From: a virus
Taxonomy: Duplodnaviria > Heunggongvirae > Uroviricota > Caudoviricetes
DNA length: 5,598 nucleotides
Direction: 5' to 3' (one strand)
IMG/VR virus record: IMGVR_UViG_2681813421_000010
Shown: positions 1 to 5,598 of the stretch, piece by piece
Layout of the letters: every line of letters starts with the position of its first letter
Numbering within the stretch: the stretch's first letter is position 1
The notes under the pieces: generated by a model
Database searches by the model: none
The model's input: the letters and a program-made list of their open reading frames with translations, nothing else
Told to the model about the DNA's origin: nothing
Translations under genes and position numbers: made by a program

Positions 1-267
1 TTACTCTGCAGGTGAAGTCGGCCACTCAATATCAGGTGCGGTTGATGTATCAACACGGTTCAGCAACACCCGATACTTCTTCCAGGCTTCCAGCAACGAG
101 TTTTCTTCCTCCGTTGCGATCTCCAGATCTACAGCATCCTGAAGTGGCGCAATATGCTCACTGAATTCCTGGATGTAGAACTGTGTGGTGACGGTCTTCC
201 AGCCATTCGGCTCCTGCTGTATCGAAGCATACCAGGCTATTTCAATATCGCTATGCTGCGGCAGCAT
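1..267 (-). CDS. Short Tfa-like ORF (88 aa): the C-terminal ~55 aa is a conserved tail fiber assembly protein C-terminus, the N-terminal ~33 aa is unrelated; probably a tfa remnant
   Basis: Minus-strand ORF with ATG at 265-267 and TAA at 1-3. The C-terminal part ([50 protein letters not shown]) matches the conserved C-terminus of enterobacterial prophage Tfa proteins as I recall them. The N-terminal part has no Tfa resemblance and the ORF is less than half normal Tfa length (~190 aa). Confidence 0.6.
   Translation of the reverse strand: MLPQHSDIEIAWYASIQQEPNGWKTVTTQFYIQEFSEHIAPLQDAVDLEIATEEENSLLEAWKKYRVLLNRVDTSTAPDIEWPTSPAE
20..92. repeat. 73-bp direct repeat, copy A (conserved tfa 3' end)
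   Basis: 20..92 matches 1069..1141 (offset 1049) with 2 mismatches (positions 40 vs 1089 and 79 vs 1128); both are synonymous in the minus-strand tfa frame. Confidence 0.9.
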
Positions 268-275
268 TTAACCCC

Positions 276-304
276 TTGTAATTCATCGCCATAATTGATT
301 TAAT
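276..304 (+). promoter_or_regulatory. Candidate sigma70 promoter for the methyltransferase gene
   Basis: TTGTAA at 276-281 (-35-like), 17-bp spacer, TTTAAT at 299-304 (-10-like), in the AT-rich 56-bp divergent intergenic region. Sequence match only. Confidence 0.2.
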
Positions 305-323
305 TCATAAACAAAACTATAAC

Positions 324-992
324 ATGGTGAAATTAATGAAAAAAAACACACATGATGGGGCTAAAATTTACACACCACTTACCCTAAAGCTTTATGACTG
401 GTGGGTTTTGGGAGTATCAAATCGTCTTGCATGGGGATGTCCTACAAAGGAACACCTTCTTCCACACTTTCTGGAACATTTAGGTAACAACCATCTGGAT
501 ATTGGTGTTGGAACTGGGTTTTACCTTACTCACGTACCTGAGAGTAGTCTGATATCTTTAATGGATTTGAACGAAGCTAGCCTGAACGCGGCATCTACAA
601 GGGCTGGGGAATCAAAAATTAAACATAAAATTAGCCATGATGTTTTTGAACCTTATCCCGCGGCGTTACATGGTCAATTTGATTCCATTTCCATGTTTTA
701 CCTTCTTCACTGCCTGCCTGGAAATATATCTACAAAAAGCTGTGTAATACGCAATGCTGCGCAGGCCTTAACTGACGATGGAACTCTATACGGAGCCACA
801 ATTCTTGGCGATGGAGTTGTGCACAATAGCTTCGGTCAAAAACTGATGCGCATTTACAATCAGAAAGGCATCTTTTCAAACACAAAAGATTCCGAAGAAG
901 GCTTAACACATATACTCTCAGAGCATTTCGAGAATGTTAAAACCAAGGTTCAAGGTACTGTAGTAATGTTTTCCGCTTCAGGGAAAAAATAG
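324..992 (+). CDS. Class I SAM-dependent methyltransferase (Rossmann fold), prophage moron of unknown substrate
   Basis: 222-aa ORF. Motif I LDIGVGTG (GxGxG SAM-binding loop), acidic residue after beta-2 (LMDLNE), and motif II/III-like segments (FDSISMFYLLHCLP, LTDDGTLYGATI). Alternative start at ATG 336 has a GGTGA Shine-Dalgarno 5 nt upstream. Visibly AT-rich compared with the tail genes. Resembles the methyltransferase-like genes found beside tfa fragments in E. coli K-12 cryptic prophages (ybcY/yfdM type, from memory). Confidence 0.8.
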   Translation: MVKLMKKNTHDGAKIYTPLTLKLYDWWVLGVSNRLAWGCPTKEHLLPHFLEHLGNNHLDIGVGTGFYLTHVPESSLISLMDLNEASLNAASTRAGESKIKHKISHDVFEPYPAALHGQFDSISMFYLLHCLPGNISTKSCVIRNAAQALTDDGTLYGATILGDGVVHNSFGQKLMRIYNQKGIFSNTKDSEEGLTHILSEHFENVKTKVQGTVVMFSASGKK

Positions 993-999
993 CATCCAA

Positions 1000-1032
1000 C
1001 CGCAGCACGTTCTTGCTTAAGACGTGCTGCGG
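1000..1032. terminator. Strong stem-loop between convergent genes (possible bidirectional terminator)
   Basis: Perfect 11-bp inverted repeat CCGCAGCACGT (1000-1010) / ACGTGCTGCGG (1022-1032), with further pairing possible inside the 11-nt spacer. Lies between the methyltransferase stop (992) and the minus-strand tfa remnant stop (1047). A T-run follows on the minus strand only after a ~10-nt gap; no T-tract on the plus strand. Confidence 0.35.
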
Positions 1033-1046
1033 CATAATCCCAATGA

Positions 1047-1139
1047 TTACTCCCTGACAGGGTTCGTAGGCCACTCAATATCAGGTGCAGTTGATGTATC
1101 AACACGGTTCAGCAACACCCGATACTTTTTCCAGGCTTC
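1047..1139 (-). pseudogene. tfa 3' remnant (encodes [30 protein letters not shown]), fused in frame to an invertase fragment
   Basis: My own minus-strand translation of 1139 down to 1047 (stop = reverse complement of 1047-1049). Tfa homology begins exactly at the E-A-W codons. This is copy B of the 73-bp repeat. Confidence 0.7.
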
Positions 1140-1141
1140 CA
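1069..1141. repeat. 73-bp direct repeat, copy B (conserved tfa 3' end)
   Basis: See copy A; 71 of 73 positions identical. Confidence 0.9.
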
Positions 1142-1281
1142 CCACCAGCACGACAAAATGCCGCATACAGTGACCCAGTCAGTCCAGTTTCCAGACAACT
1201 AGTGCGTCACCTTTTTGAAGGCGCTTTAAAGCACGTTTTAATCCAGGTCGGCCTGTCCTTGTTCCGCTTAATTTATCTTCA
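1140..1281 (-). pseudogene. pin: DNA invertase (Pin/Gin/Cin/Hin-family serine recombinase) internal fragment; in-frame TGA; 5' end lost in the N-run, 3' end replaced by tfa
   Basis: Minus-strand translation from the gap edge gives [46 protein letters not shown]. This matches residues ~32-78 of Gin/Pin invertases as I recall them (Gin ...[43 protein letters not shown]...). A TGA sits where Arg (CGx) is expected. The catalytic-Ser N-terminus and the C-terminal helix-turn-helix are absent. Confidence 0.75.
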
Positions 1282-1348
1282 NNNNNNNNNNNNNNNNNNN
1301 NNNNNNNNNNNNNNNNNNNNNNNNNNNNNNNNNNNNNNNNNNNNNNNN
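1282..1348. other. Run of 67 N (assembly gap or masked sequence)
   Basis: Literal n characters. Both flanking genes (invertase fragment on minus, tail fiber on plus) are truncated at the gap edges. Confidence 0.99.
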
Positions 1349-2221
1349 TTCAAATGGAGAAGCCGCCATGGCACCACAACAAAAGACCTGATGAATCTTA
1401 AATGGGGTGCTTTGTATGTTCTTGTTAAAGCCCTTTTCGGCAGTGAAGTAAAAATATCGACAGTCAATGCACTGAGGATTTTTAATTCATCCTTTGGTGC
1501 TATTTTTCGCCGTTCTGAAGAACACCTGCATATCATCCCTACACGAGAAAATGAGGGTGAAAATGGAGATATTGGGCCATTAAGGCCATTCAACATCAAC
1601 TTAAGAACAGGAGTTGTGTCTGTTGGTAATGGTGCCAGGATTGATGGCGGGCTGGCACTTGGCACGAATAACGCGTTGGGTGGGAACTCAATTGTTCTTG
1701 GTGATAATGATACCGGATTTAAACAGAATGGTGATGGTATTCTTGATGTTTACGCTAATAGTCAGCGAGTATTCCGCTTTCAGAATGGAGTGGCTATTGC
1801 TTTTAAAAACATTCAGGCAGGTGATAGTAAAAAATTCTCGCTATCCAGCTCCAACAACTCCACGAAGAACGTAGGGTTTAATTTATGGGGCACTTCATCA
1901 AGACCAACTGTTGCAGAGCTTGGTGATGATTCAGGCTGGCATTTCTATAGTCAGCGAAATACAGATAACTCAGTAACATTTGCTGTTAACGGTCAGATAC
2001 AGCCCAGCAACTGGGGGAATTTTGATTCCCGCTATGTGAAAGATGTTCGCCTGGGTACGCGTGTTGTTCAATTGATGGCGCGTGGTGGTCGTTATGAAAA
2101 AGCCGGACACGCAATTACCGGATTAAGAATCATTGGTGAAGTAGATGGCGATGATGAAGCCATCTTCAGGCCAATACAAAAATACATCAATGGCACATGG
2201 TATAACGTCGTACAGGTGTAA
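1349..2221 (+). CDS. stf: Side tail fiber protein (Stf), C-terminal portion; 5' end missing at the gap
   Basis: Open frame from the gap edge to TAA at 2219-2221. The product (...GVVSVGNGARIDGGLALGTNNALGGNSIVLGDNDTGFKQNGDGILDVYANSQRVFRF...IIGEVDGDDEAIFRPIQKYINGTWYNVVQV) resembles the C-terminal domains of enterobacterial prophage side tail fibers as I recall them. Followed 3 nt later by tfa, the usual stf-tfa pairing. The first in-frame ATG is at 1391, but the gene is most likely 5'-truncated. Confidence 0.75.
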   Translation, partial: FKWRSRHGTTTKDLMNLKWGALYVLVKALFGSEVKISTVNALRIFNSSFGAIFRRSEEHLHIIPTRENEGENGDIGPLRPFNINLRTGVVSVGNGARIDGGLALGTNNALGGNSIVLGDNDTGFKQNGDGILDVYANSQRVFRFQNGVAIAFKNIQAGDSKKFSLSSSNNSTKNVGFNLWGTSSRPTVAELGDDSGWHFYSQRNTDNSVTFAVNGQIQPSNWGNFDSRYVKDVRLGTRVVQLMARGGRYEKAGHAITGLRIIGEVDGDDEAIFRPIQKYINGTWYNVVQV

Positions 2222-2224
2222 TTT

Positions 2225-2698
2225 ATGCAGCATTTAAAAAATATTAAGTCTGGAAATCCAAAAACAAAAGAACAATATCAGCTAACAAAGAATTTTGATG
2301 TTATCTGGTTATGGTCCGAAGACGGTAAAAACTGGTATGAGGAAGTGAAAAACTTTCAGCCAGACACAATAAAGATTGTTTACGATGCAAATAATATTAT
2401 TGTCGCCATCACCAAAGATGCCTCCACGCTTAACCCTGAAGGTTATAGCGTCGTTGAGGTTCCAGATATTACAGCCAACCGCCGCGCTGATGATTCCGGT
2501 AAGTGGATGTTTAGGGACGGAGCTGTGGTTAAACGGATTTATACGGCAGACGAGCAACAACAACAGGCCGAATCACAAAAGGCCGCATTGCTTTCCGAAG
2601 CTGAATCAGTCATCCAACCGCTGGAACGCGCTGTCAGGCTGAATATGGCAACAGACGAGGAACGCACACGACTGGAAGCATGGGAAGGGGGCCCGTGA
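2225..2698 (+). CDS. tfa: Tail fiber assembly protein (Tfa), C-terminally truncated at the conserved LEAW motif (157 aa)
   Basis: Starts MQHLKNIK..., typical of one Tfa family, with AGGTG Shine-Dalgarno 9 nt upstream. Tfa-like through ...[15 protein letters not shown], then ends EGGP* instead of the conserved [21 protein letters not shown] tail, which is found on the opposite strand at 1..92 and 1047..1139. Confidence 0.85.
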   Translation: MQHLKNIKSGNPKTKEQYQLTKNFDVIWLWSEDGKNWYEEVKNFQPDTIKIVYDANNIIVAITKDASTLNPEGYSVVEVPDITANRRADDSGKWMFRDGAVVKRIYTADEQQQQAESQKAALLSEAESVIQPLERAVRLNMATDEERTRLEAWEGGP

Positions 2699-2753
2699 TG
2701 AAATTCAGGCACAGATGCGCGATGGTGGTCTGTTCTCCGGAGGTGGACGATGA
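2697..2753 (+). pseudogene. 3'-terminal remnant (~18 codons) of the gene upstream of M (tape measure H in lambda order)
   Basis: Frame open from 2643 ends in TGA at 2751-2753, overlapping the M start as ATGA, the classic translational-coupling junction. Encodes ...[18 protein letters not shown]. No long upstream ORF exists in this frame. Assignment to H is by position, not recognised sequence. Confidence 0.35.
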
Positions 2754-3079
2754 AGACCTTCCGCTGGAAAGCGAAACCCGGTATGGATGTGGCTTCGGCC
2801 CCTTCCGTAAGAAAGGTGCGCTTTGGTGATGGCTATTCTCAGCGAGCGCCTGCCGGGCTGAACGCTGACCTGAAAACGTACAGCGTGACGCTGTCTGTCT
2901 CCCGTGAGGAGGCCACGGCGCTGGAGTCGTTTCTGGCTGAGCACGGGGGCTGGAAAGCCTTTCTGTGGACGCCGCCTTATGAGTGGCGGCAGATAAAGGT
3001 GACCTGCGCAAAATGGTCGTCGCGGGTCAGTATGCTGCGTGTTGAGTTCAGCGCAGAGTTTGAACAGGTGGTGAACTGA
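2750..3079 (+). CDS. M: Lambda-like minor tail protein M (109 aa)
   Basis: MKTFRWKAKPGMDV...SAEFEQVVN is near-identical to phage lambda gpM as I recall it. GGAGG Shine-Dalgarno 7 nt upstream. Stop overlaps the L start. Confidence 0.95.
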   Translation: MKTFRWKAKPGMDVASAPSVRKVRFGDGYSQRAPAGLNADLKTYSVTLSVSREEATALESFLAEHGGWKAFLWTPPYEWRQIKVTCAKWSSRVSMLRVEFSAEFEQVVN

Positions 3080-3777
3080 TGCAGGATATCCGGCAGGAAA
3101 CACTGAATGAATGCACCCGTGCGGAGCAGTCGGCCAGCGTGGTGCTCTGGGAAATCGACCTGACAGAGGTCGGTGGAGAACGTTATTTTTTCTGTAATGA
3201 GCAGAACGAAAAAGGTGAGCCGGTCACCTGGCAGGGGCGACAGTATCAGCCGTATCCCATTCAGGGGAGTGGTTTTGAACTGAATGGCAAAGGCACCAGT
3301 ACGCGCCCCACGCTGACGGTTTCTAACCTGTACGGTATGGTCACCGGGATGGCGGAAGATCTGCAGAGTCTGGTCGGCGGAACGGTGGTCCGGCGTAAGG
3401 TTTACGCCCGTTTTCTGGATGCGGTGAACTTCGTCAACGGAAACAGAGACGCCGATCCGGAGCAGGAGGTGATCAGCCGCTGGCGCATCGAGCAGTGCAG
3501 CGAACTGAGCGCAGTCAGTGCCTCTTTTGTACTGTCCACGCCGACGGAAACGGATGGCGCTGTTTTTCCGGGACGTATCATGCTGGCCAACACCTGCACC
3601 TGGACCTATCGCGGTGACGAGTGCGGTTATAGCGGTCCGGCTGTCGCGGATGAATATGACCAGCCGACGTCCGATATCACGAAGGATAAATGCAGCAAAT
3701 GCCTGAGTGGCTGTAAGTTTCGCAATAACGTCGGCAACTTTGGCGGCTTCCTTTCCATTAACAAACTTTCGCAGTAA
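3079..3777 (+). CDS. L: Lambda-like minor tail protein L (232 aa)
   Basis: MQDIRQETLNECTRAEQSASVVLWEIDLTEV... matches lambda gpL; start overlaps the M stop (TGATG); canonical position. Confidence 0.95.
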   Translation: MQDIRQETLNECTRAEQSASVVLWEIDLTEVGGERYFFCNEQNEKGEPVTWQGRQYQPYPIQGSGFELNGKGTSTRPTLTVSNLYGMVTGMAEDLQSLVGGTVVRRKVYARFLDAVNFVNGNRDADPEQEVISRWRIEQCSELSAVSASFVLSTPTETDGAVFPGRIMLANTCTWTYRGDECGYSGPAVADEYDQPTSDITKDKCSKCLSGCKFRNNVGNFGGFLSINKLSQ

Positions 3778-3781
3778 TCCC

Positions 3782-4525
3782 ATGACAGAGACAGAATCAG
3801 CGATCCTGGCGCACGCCCGGCGATGTGCGCCAGCGGAGTCGTGCGGCTTCGTGGTGAGAACGCCGGAGGGGGAAAGATATTTTCCCGGCGTGAATATTTC
3901 CGGTGAGCCGGAGGATTATTTCCGGATGGCTCCGGAGGACTGGCTGCAGGCAGAAATGCAGGGTGAGATTGTGGCGCTGGTCCACAGTCACCCCGGTGGT
4001 CTGCCCTGGCTGAGTGAGGCTGACCGGCGGTTGCAGGTGCAGAGTGATTTGCCGTGGTGGCTGGTCTGCCGGGGGGCGATTCATAAATTCCGCTGTGTGC
4101 CGCATCTCACCGGGCGGCGCTTTGAGCACGGGGTGACGGACTGTTACACGCTGTTCCGGGATGCTTACCATCTGGCGGGGATTGAGATGCCGGATTTTCA
4201 TCGTGAGGATGACTGGTGGCGTAACGGTCAGAATCTCTATCTGGATAATCTGGAGGCCACAGGGCTGTATCAGGTGCCGTTGTCAGCGGCGCAGCCGGGC
4301 GATGTGCTGCTGTGCTGTTTTGGTTCATCGGTGCCGAATCATGCCGCCATTTACTGTGGTGACGGCGAGCTGCTGCACCATATTCCTGAACAACTGAGCA
4401 AACGAGAGAGGTATACCGAAAAATGGCAGCGACGCACACACTCCCTCTGGCGTCACCGGGCATGGCACGCATCTGCCTTTACGGGGATTTACAACGATTT
4501 GGCCGCCGCATCGACCTTCGTGTGA
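3782..4525 (+). CDS. K: Lambda-like tail tip assembly protein K (JAB/MPN + NlpC/P60 two-domain protein), 247 aa from the ATG at 3782
   Basis: JAMM motif HSHPGGLPWLSEAD (H-x-H-x7-S-x2-D) with an upstream ExCG-type segment (APAESCGFVV). C-terminal NlpC/P60 Cys/His segments (TDCYTLF, NHAAIY). Start 3782 is 4 nt after the L stop and keeps the whole JAB domain. An alternative internal start at 3926 (GGAGGA 9 nt upstream) would give the 199-aa product corresponding to the classical lambda annotation. Confidence 0.85.
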   Translation: MTETESAILAHARRCAPAESCGFVVRTPEGERYFPGVNISGEPEDYFRMAPEDWLQAEMQGEIVALVHSHPGGLPWLSEADRRLQVQSDLPWWLVCRGAIHKFRCVPHLTGRRFEHGVTDCYTLFRDAYHLAGIEMPDFHREDDWWRNGQNLYLDNLEATGLYQVPLSAAQPGDVLLCCFGSSVPNHAAIYCGDGELLHHIPEQLSKRERYTEKWQRRTHSLWRHRAWHASAFTGIYNDLAAASTFV

Positions 4526-5094
4526 AAACGGGGGCTGAAGCCATCCGGGCGCTGGCCACACAGCTCCCGGCGTTTCGTCAGAAACTGAGCGATGGCTGGT
4601 ATCAGGTACGGATTGCCGGGCGGGACGTCAGCACGTCCGGGTTGACGGCGCAGTTACATGAGACTCTGCCTGATGGCGCTGTGATTCATATTGTTCCCAG
4701 AGTCGCCGGGGCCAAGTCAGGTGGCGTATTCCAGATTGTCCTGGGAGCAGCCGCCATTGCCGGATCATTCTTTACTGCCGGAGCCACCCTTGCAGCATGG
4801 GGGGCAGCCATTGGGGCCGGTGGTATGACCGGCATCCTGTTTTCTCTCGGTGCCAGTATGGTGCTCGGTGGTGTGGCCCAGATGCTGGCACCGAAAGCCA
4901 GAACTCCCCGTACACAGACAACGGATAACGGCAAACAAAACACCTATTTCTCCTCACTGGATAACATGGTTGCCCAGGGCAATGTTCTGCCCGTTCTGTA
5001 CGGTGAAATGCGCGTGGGATCACGTGTGGTTTCTCAGGAGATCAGCACGGCAGACGAAGGGGACGGTGGTCAGGTTGTGGTGATTGGTCGCTGA
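4423..5094 (+). CDS. I: Lambda-like tail assembly protein I (223 aa)
   Basis: MAATHTLPLASPGMARICLYGDLQRF... with a Gly/Ala-rich hydrophobic middle, matches lambda gpI. Overlaps the K 3' end by 103 nt in a different frame, as in lambda. Confidence 0.9.
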   Translation: MAATHTLPLASPGMARICLYGDLQRFGRRIDLRVKTGAEAIRALATQLPAFRQKLSDGWYQVRIAGRDVSTSGLTAQLHETLPDGAVIHIVPRVAGAKSGGVFQIVLGAAAIAGSFFTAGATLAAWGAAIGAGGMTGILFSLGASMVLGGVAQMLAPKARTPRTQTTDNGKQNTYFSSLDNMVAQGNVLPVLYGEMRVGSRVVSQEISTADEGDGGQVVVIGR

Positions 5095-5112
5095 TGAAAA
5101 ACGTTTTATGTG

Positions 5113-5140
5113 AAACCGCCTCCGGGCGGTTTTATCGTTT
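5113..5140 (+). terminator. Hairpin plus T-rich tail in the I-J intergenic region (possible attenuator)
   Basis: Perfect 8-bp stem AAACCGCC (5113-5120) / GGCGGTTT (5125-5132) with loop TCCG, followed by TATCGTTT. It sits inside an operon, so any termination is expected to be partial. Confidence 0.35.
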
Positions 5141-5155
5141 ATGGAGCATGACGAA

Positions 5156-5598
5156 TGGGTAAAGGCAGCAGTAAGGGGCATACCCCGCGCGAAGCGAAGG
5201 ACAACCTGAAGTCCACGCAGCTGCTGAGTGTGATCGATGCTATCAGCGAAGGGCCGGTTGAAGGTCCGGTGGATGGATTAAAAAGCGTGCTGCTGAACAG
5301 TACGCCGGTGCTGGACAGTGAGGGGAATACCAATATATCCGGCGTCACGGTGGTGTTCCGGGCCGGTGAGCAGGAGCAGACACCGCCGGAGGGATTTGAA
5401 TCCTCCGGCTCCGAGACGGTGCTGGGTACGGAAGTGAAATACGACACGCCGATCACCCGGACCATCACGTCGGCAAACATTGACCGACTGCGTTTTACCT
5501 TCGGCGTGCAGGCACTGGTGGAAACCACCTCAAAGGGGGACAGGAATCCGTCGGAAGTCCGCCTGCTGGTTCAGATCCAGCGTAACGGTGGCTGGGTG
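5156..5598 (+). CDS. J: Lambda-like tail tip/host specificity protein J, N-terminal part (continues beyond the window)
   Basis: MGKGSSKGHTPREAKDNLKSTQLLSVIDAISEGPVEGPVDGLKSVLLNSTPVLD... matches the lambda gpJ N-terminus. GGAG 9 nt upstream. No stop before the window end. Confidence 0.95.

Noticed and set aside
1142-1149. Chi octamer as an independent regulatory feature
   Set aside because: The GCTGGTGG match on the minus strand is exact, but Chi octamers are frequent in E. coli-like DNA and this one lies inside the invertase coding sequence. It is reported only as context for the recombination junction.
1279-1665. 128-aa minus-strand ORF spanning the gap
   Set aside because: Crosses the N-run and lies antisense to the tail fiber coding region. 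The real minus-strand gene at the gap edge is the invertase fragment, which is in a different frame.
1085-2221. 378-aa plus-strand ORF from the six-frame track
   Set aside because: It runs through the N-run (translated as X) and its 5' part is antisense to the tfa remnant and invertase fragment. Only the post-gap part (1349..2221) is credible, as the tail fiber C-terminal portion.
1614-2642. Small ORFs inside stf/tfa (1614..1874 plus, 2309..2563 minus, 2376..2642 plus)
   Set aside because: Embedded out of frame or antisense within the tail fiber and tfa genes; no independent signals.
3707-3781. Extension of K to the first in-frame ATG at 3707
   Set aside because: It would overlap the L 3' end by 71 nt and adds a low-complexity leader (MAVSFAITSATLAASFPL...). 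The ATG at 3782, just after the L stop, begins the JAB domain.
2977-3783. 268-aa minus-strand ORF antisense to gene L
   Set aside because: Fully nested antisense to a strongly supported lambda-like L gene in GC-rich DNA, where long antisense ORFs arise by chance; no recognisable motifs or ribosome-binding site.
2634-5528. Other antisense or out-of-frame ORFs in the tail module (2634..3011, 2705..3103, 3402..3599, 3518..3706, 3797..4201, 4107..4472, 4161..4397, 4325..4561, 4686..4943, 4772..5023, 4850..5083, 5139..5528)
   Set aside because: All overlap the well-supported M, L, K, I or J genes in alternative frames; products are Arg/Pro/Cys-rich and low complexity, typical of spurious ORFs in GC-rich DNA.
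1-5598. CRISPR arrays, tRNA/rRNA genes, IS elements or transposase genes
   Set aside because: No short regularly spaced repeats, no cloverleaf or rRNA-like sequence, and no transposase-like ORFs or terminal inverted repeats were seen. The only repeats are the 73-bp tfa 3' ends.

Overview
This window looks like a rearranged lambdoid prophage region from an Enterobacteriaceae (E. coli-like) genome, built from three compositionally distinct blocks. Block 1 (1..1281) holds two tail-fiber-assembly (tfa) 3' fragments on the minus strand flanking an AT-rich, apparently intact class I SAM-dependent methyltransferase moron on the plus strand; the right-hand tfa fragment is fused in frame to an internal fragment of a Pin/Gin/Cin-family DNA invertase pseudogene. 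A 67-nt run of N (1282..1348) follows. Block 2 (1349..2698) is the 3' part of a side tail fiber gene plus a tfa gene that lacks its conserved C-terminus. Block 3 (2750..5598) is a GC-rich, lambda-like tail-tip module, M-L-K-I and the start of J, preceded by only about 18 codons of the upstream tail gene. The gene order (stf-tfa directly upstream of M, no tape-measure gene) is non-canonical, and all three tfa copies break at the same L-E-A-W codons. I see no rRNA, tRNA, CRISPR array or IS element. I do not see an intact novel system; the most notable items are the decayed invertase/tail-fiber switch remnants, the recurrent tfa breakpoint and the intact methyltransferase moron.
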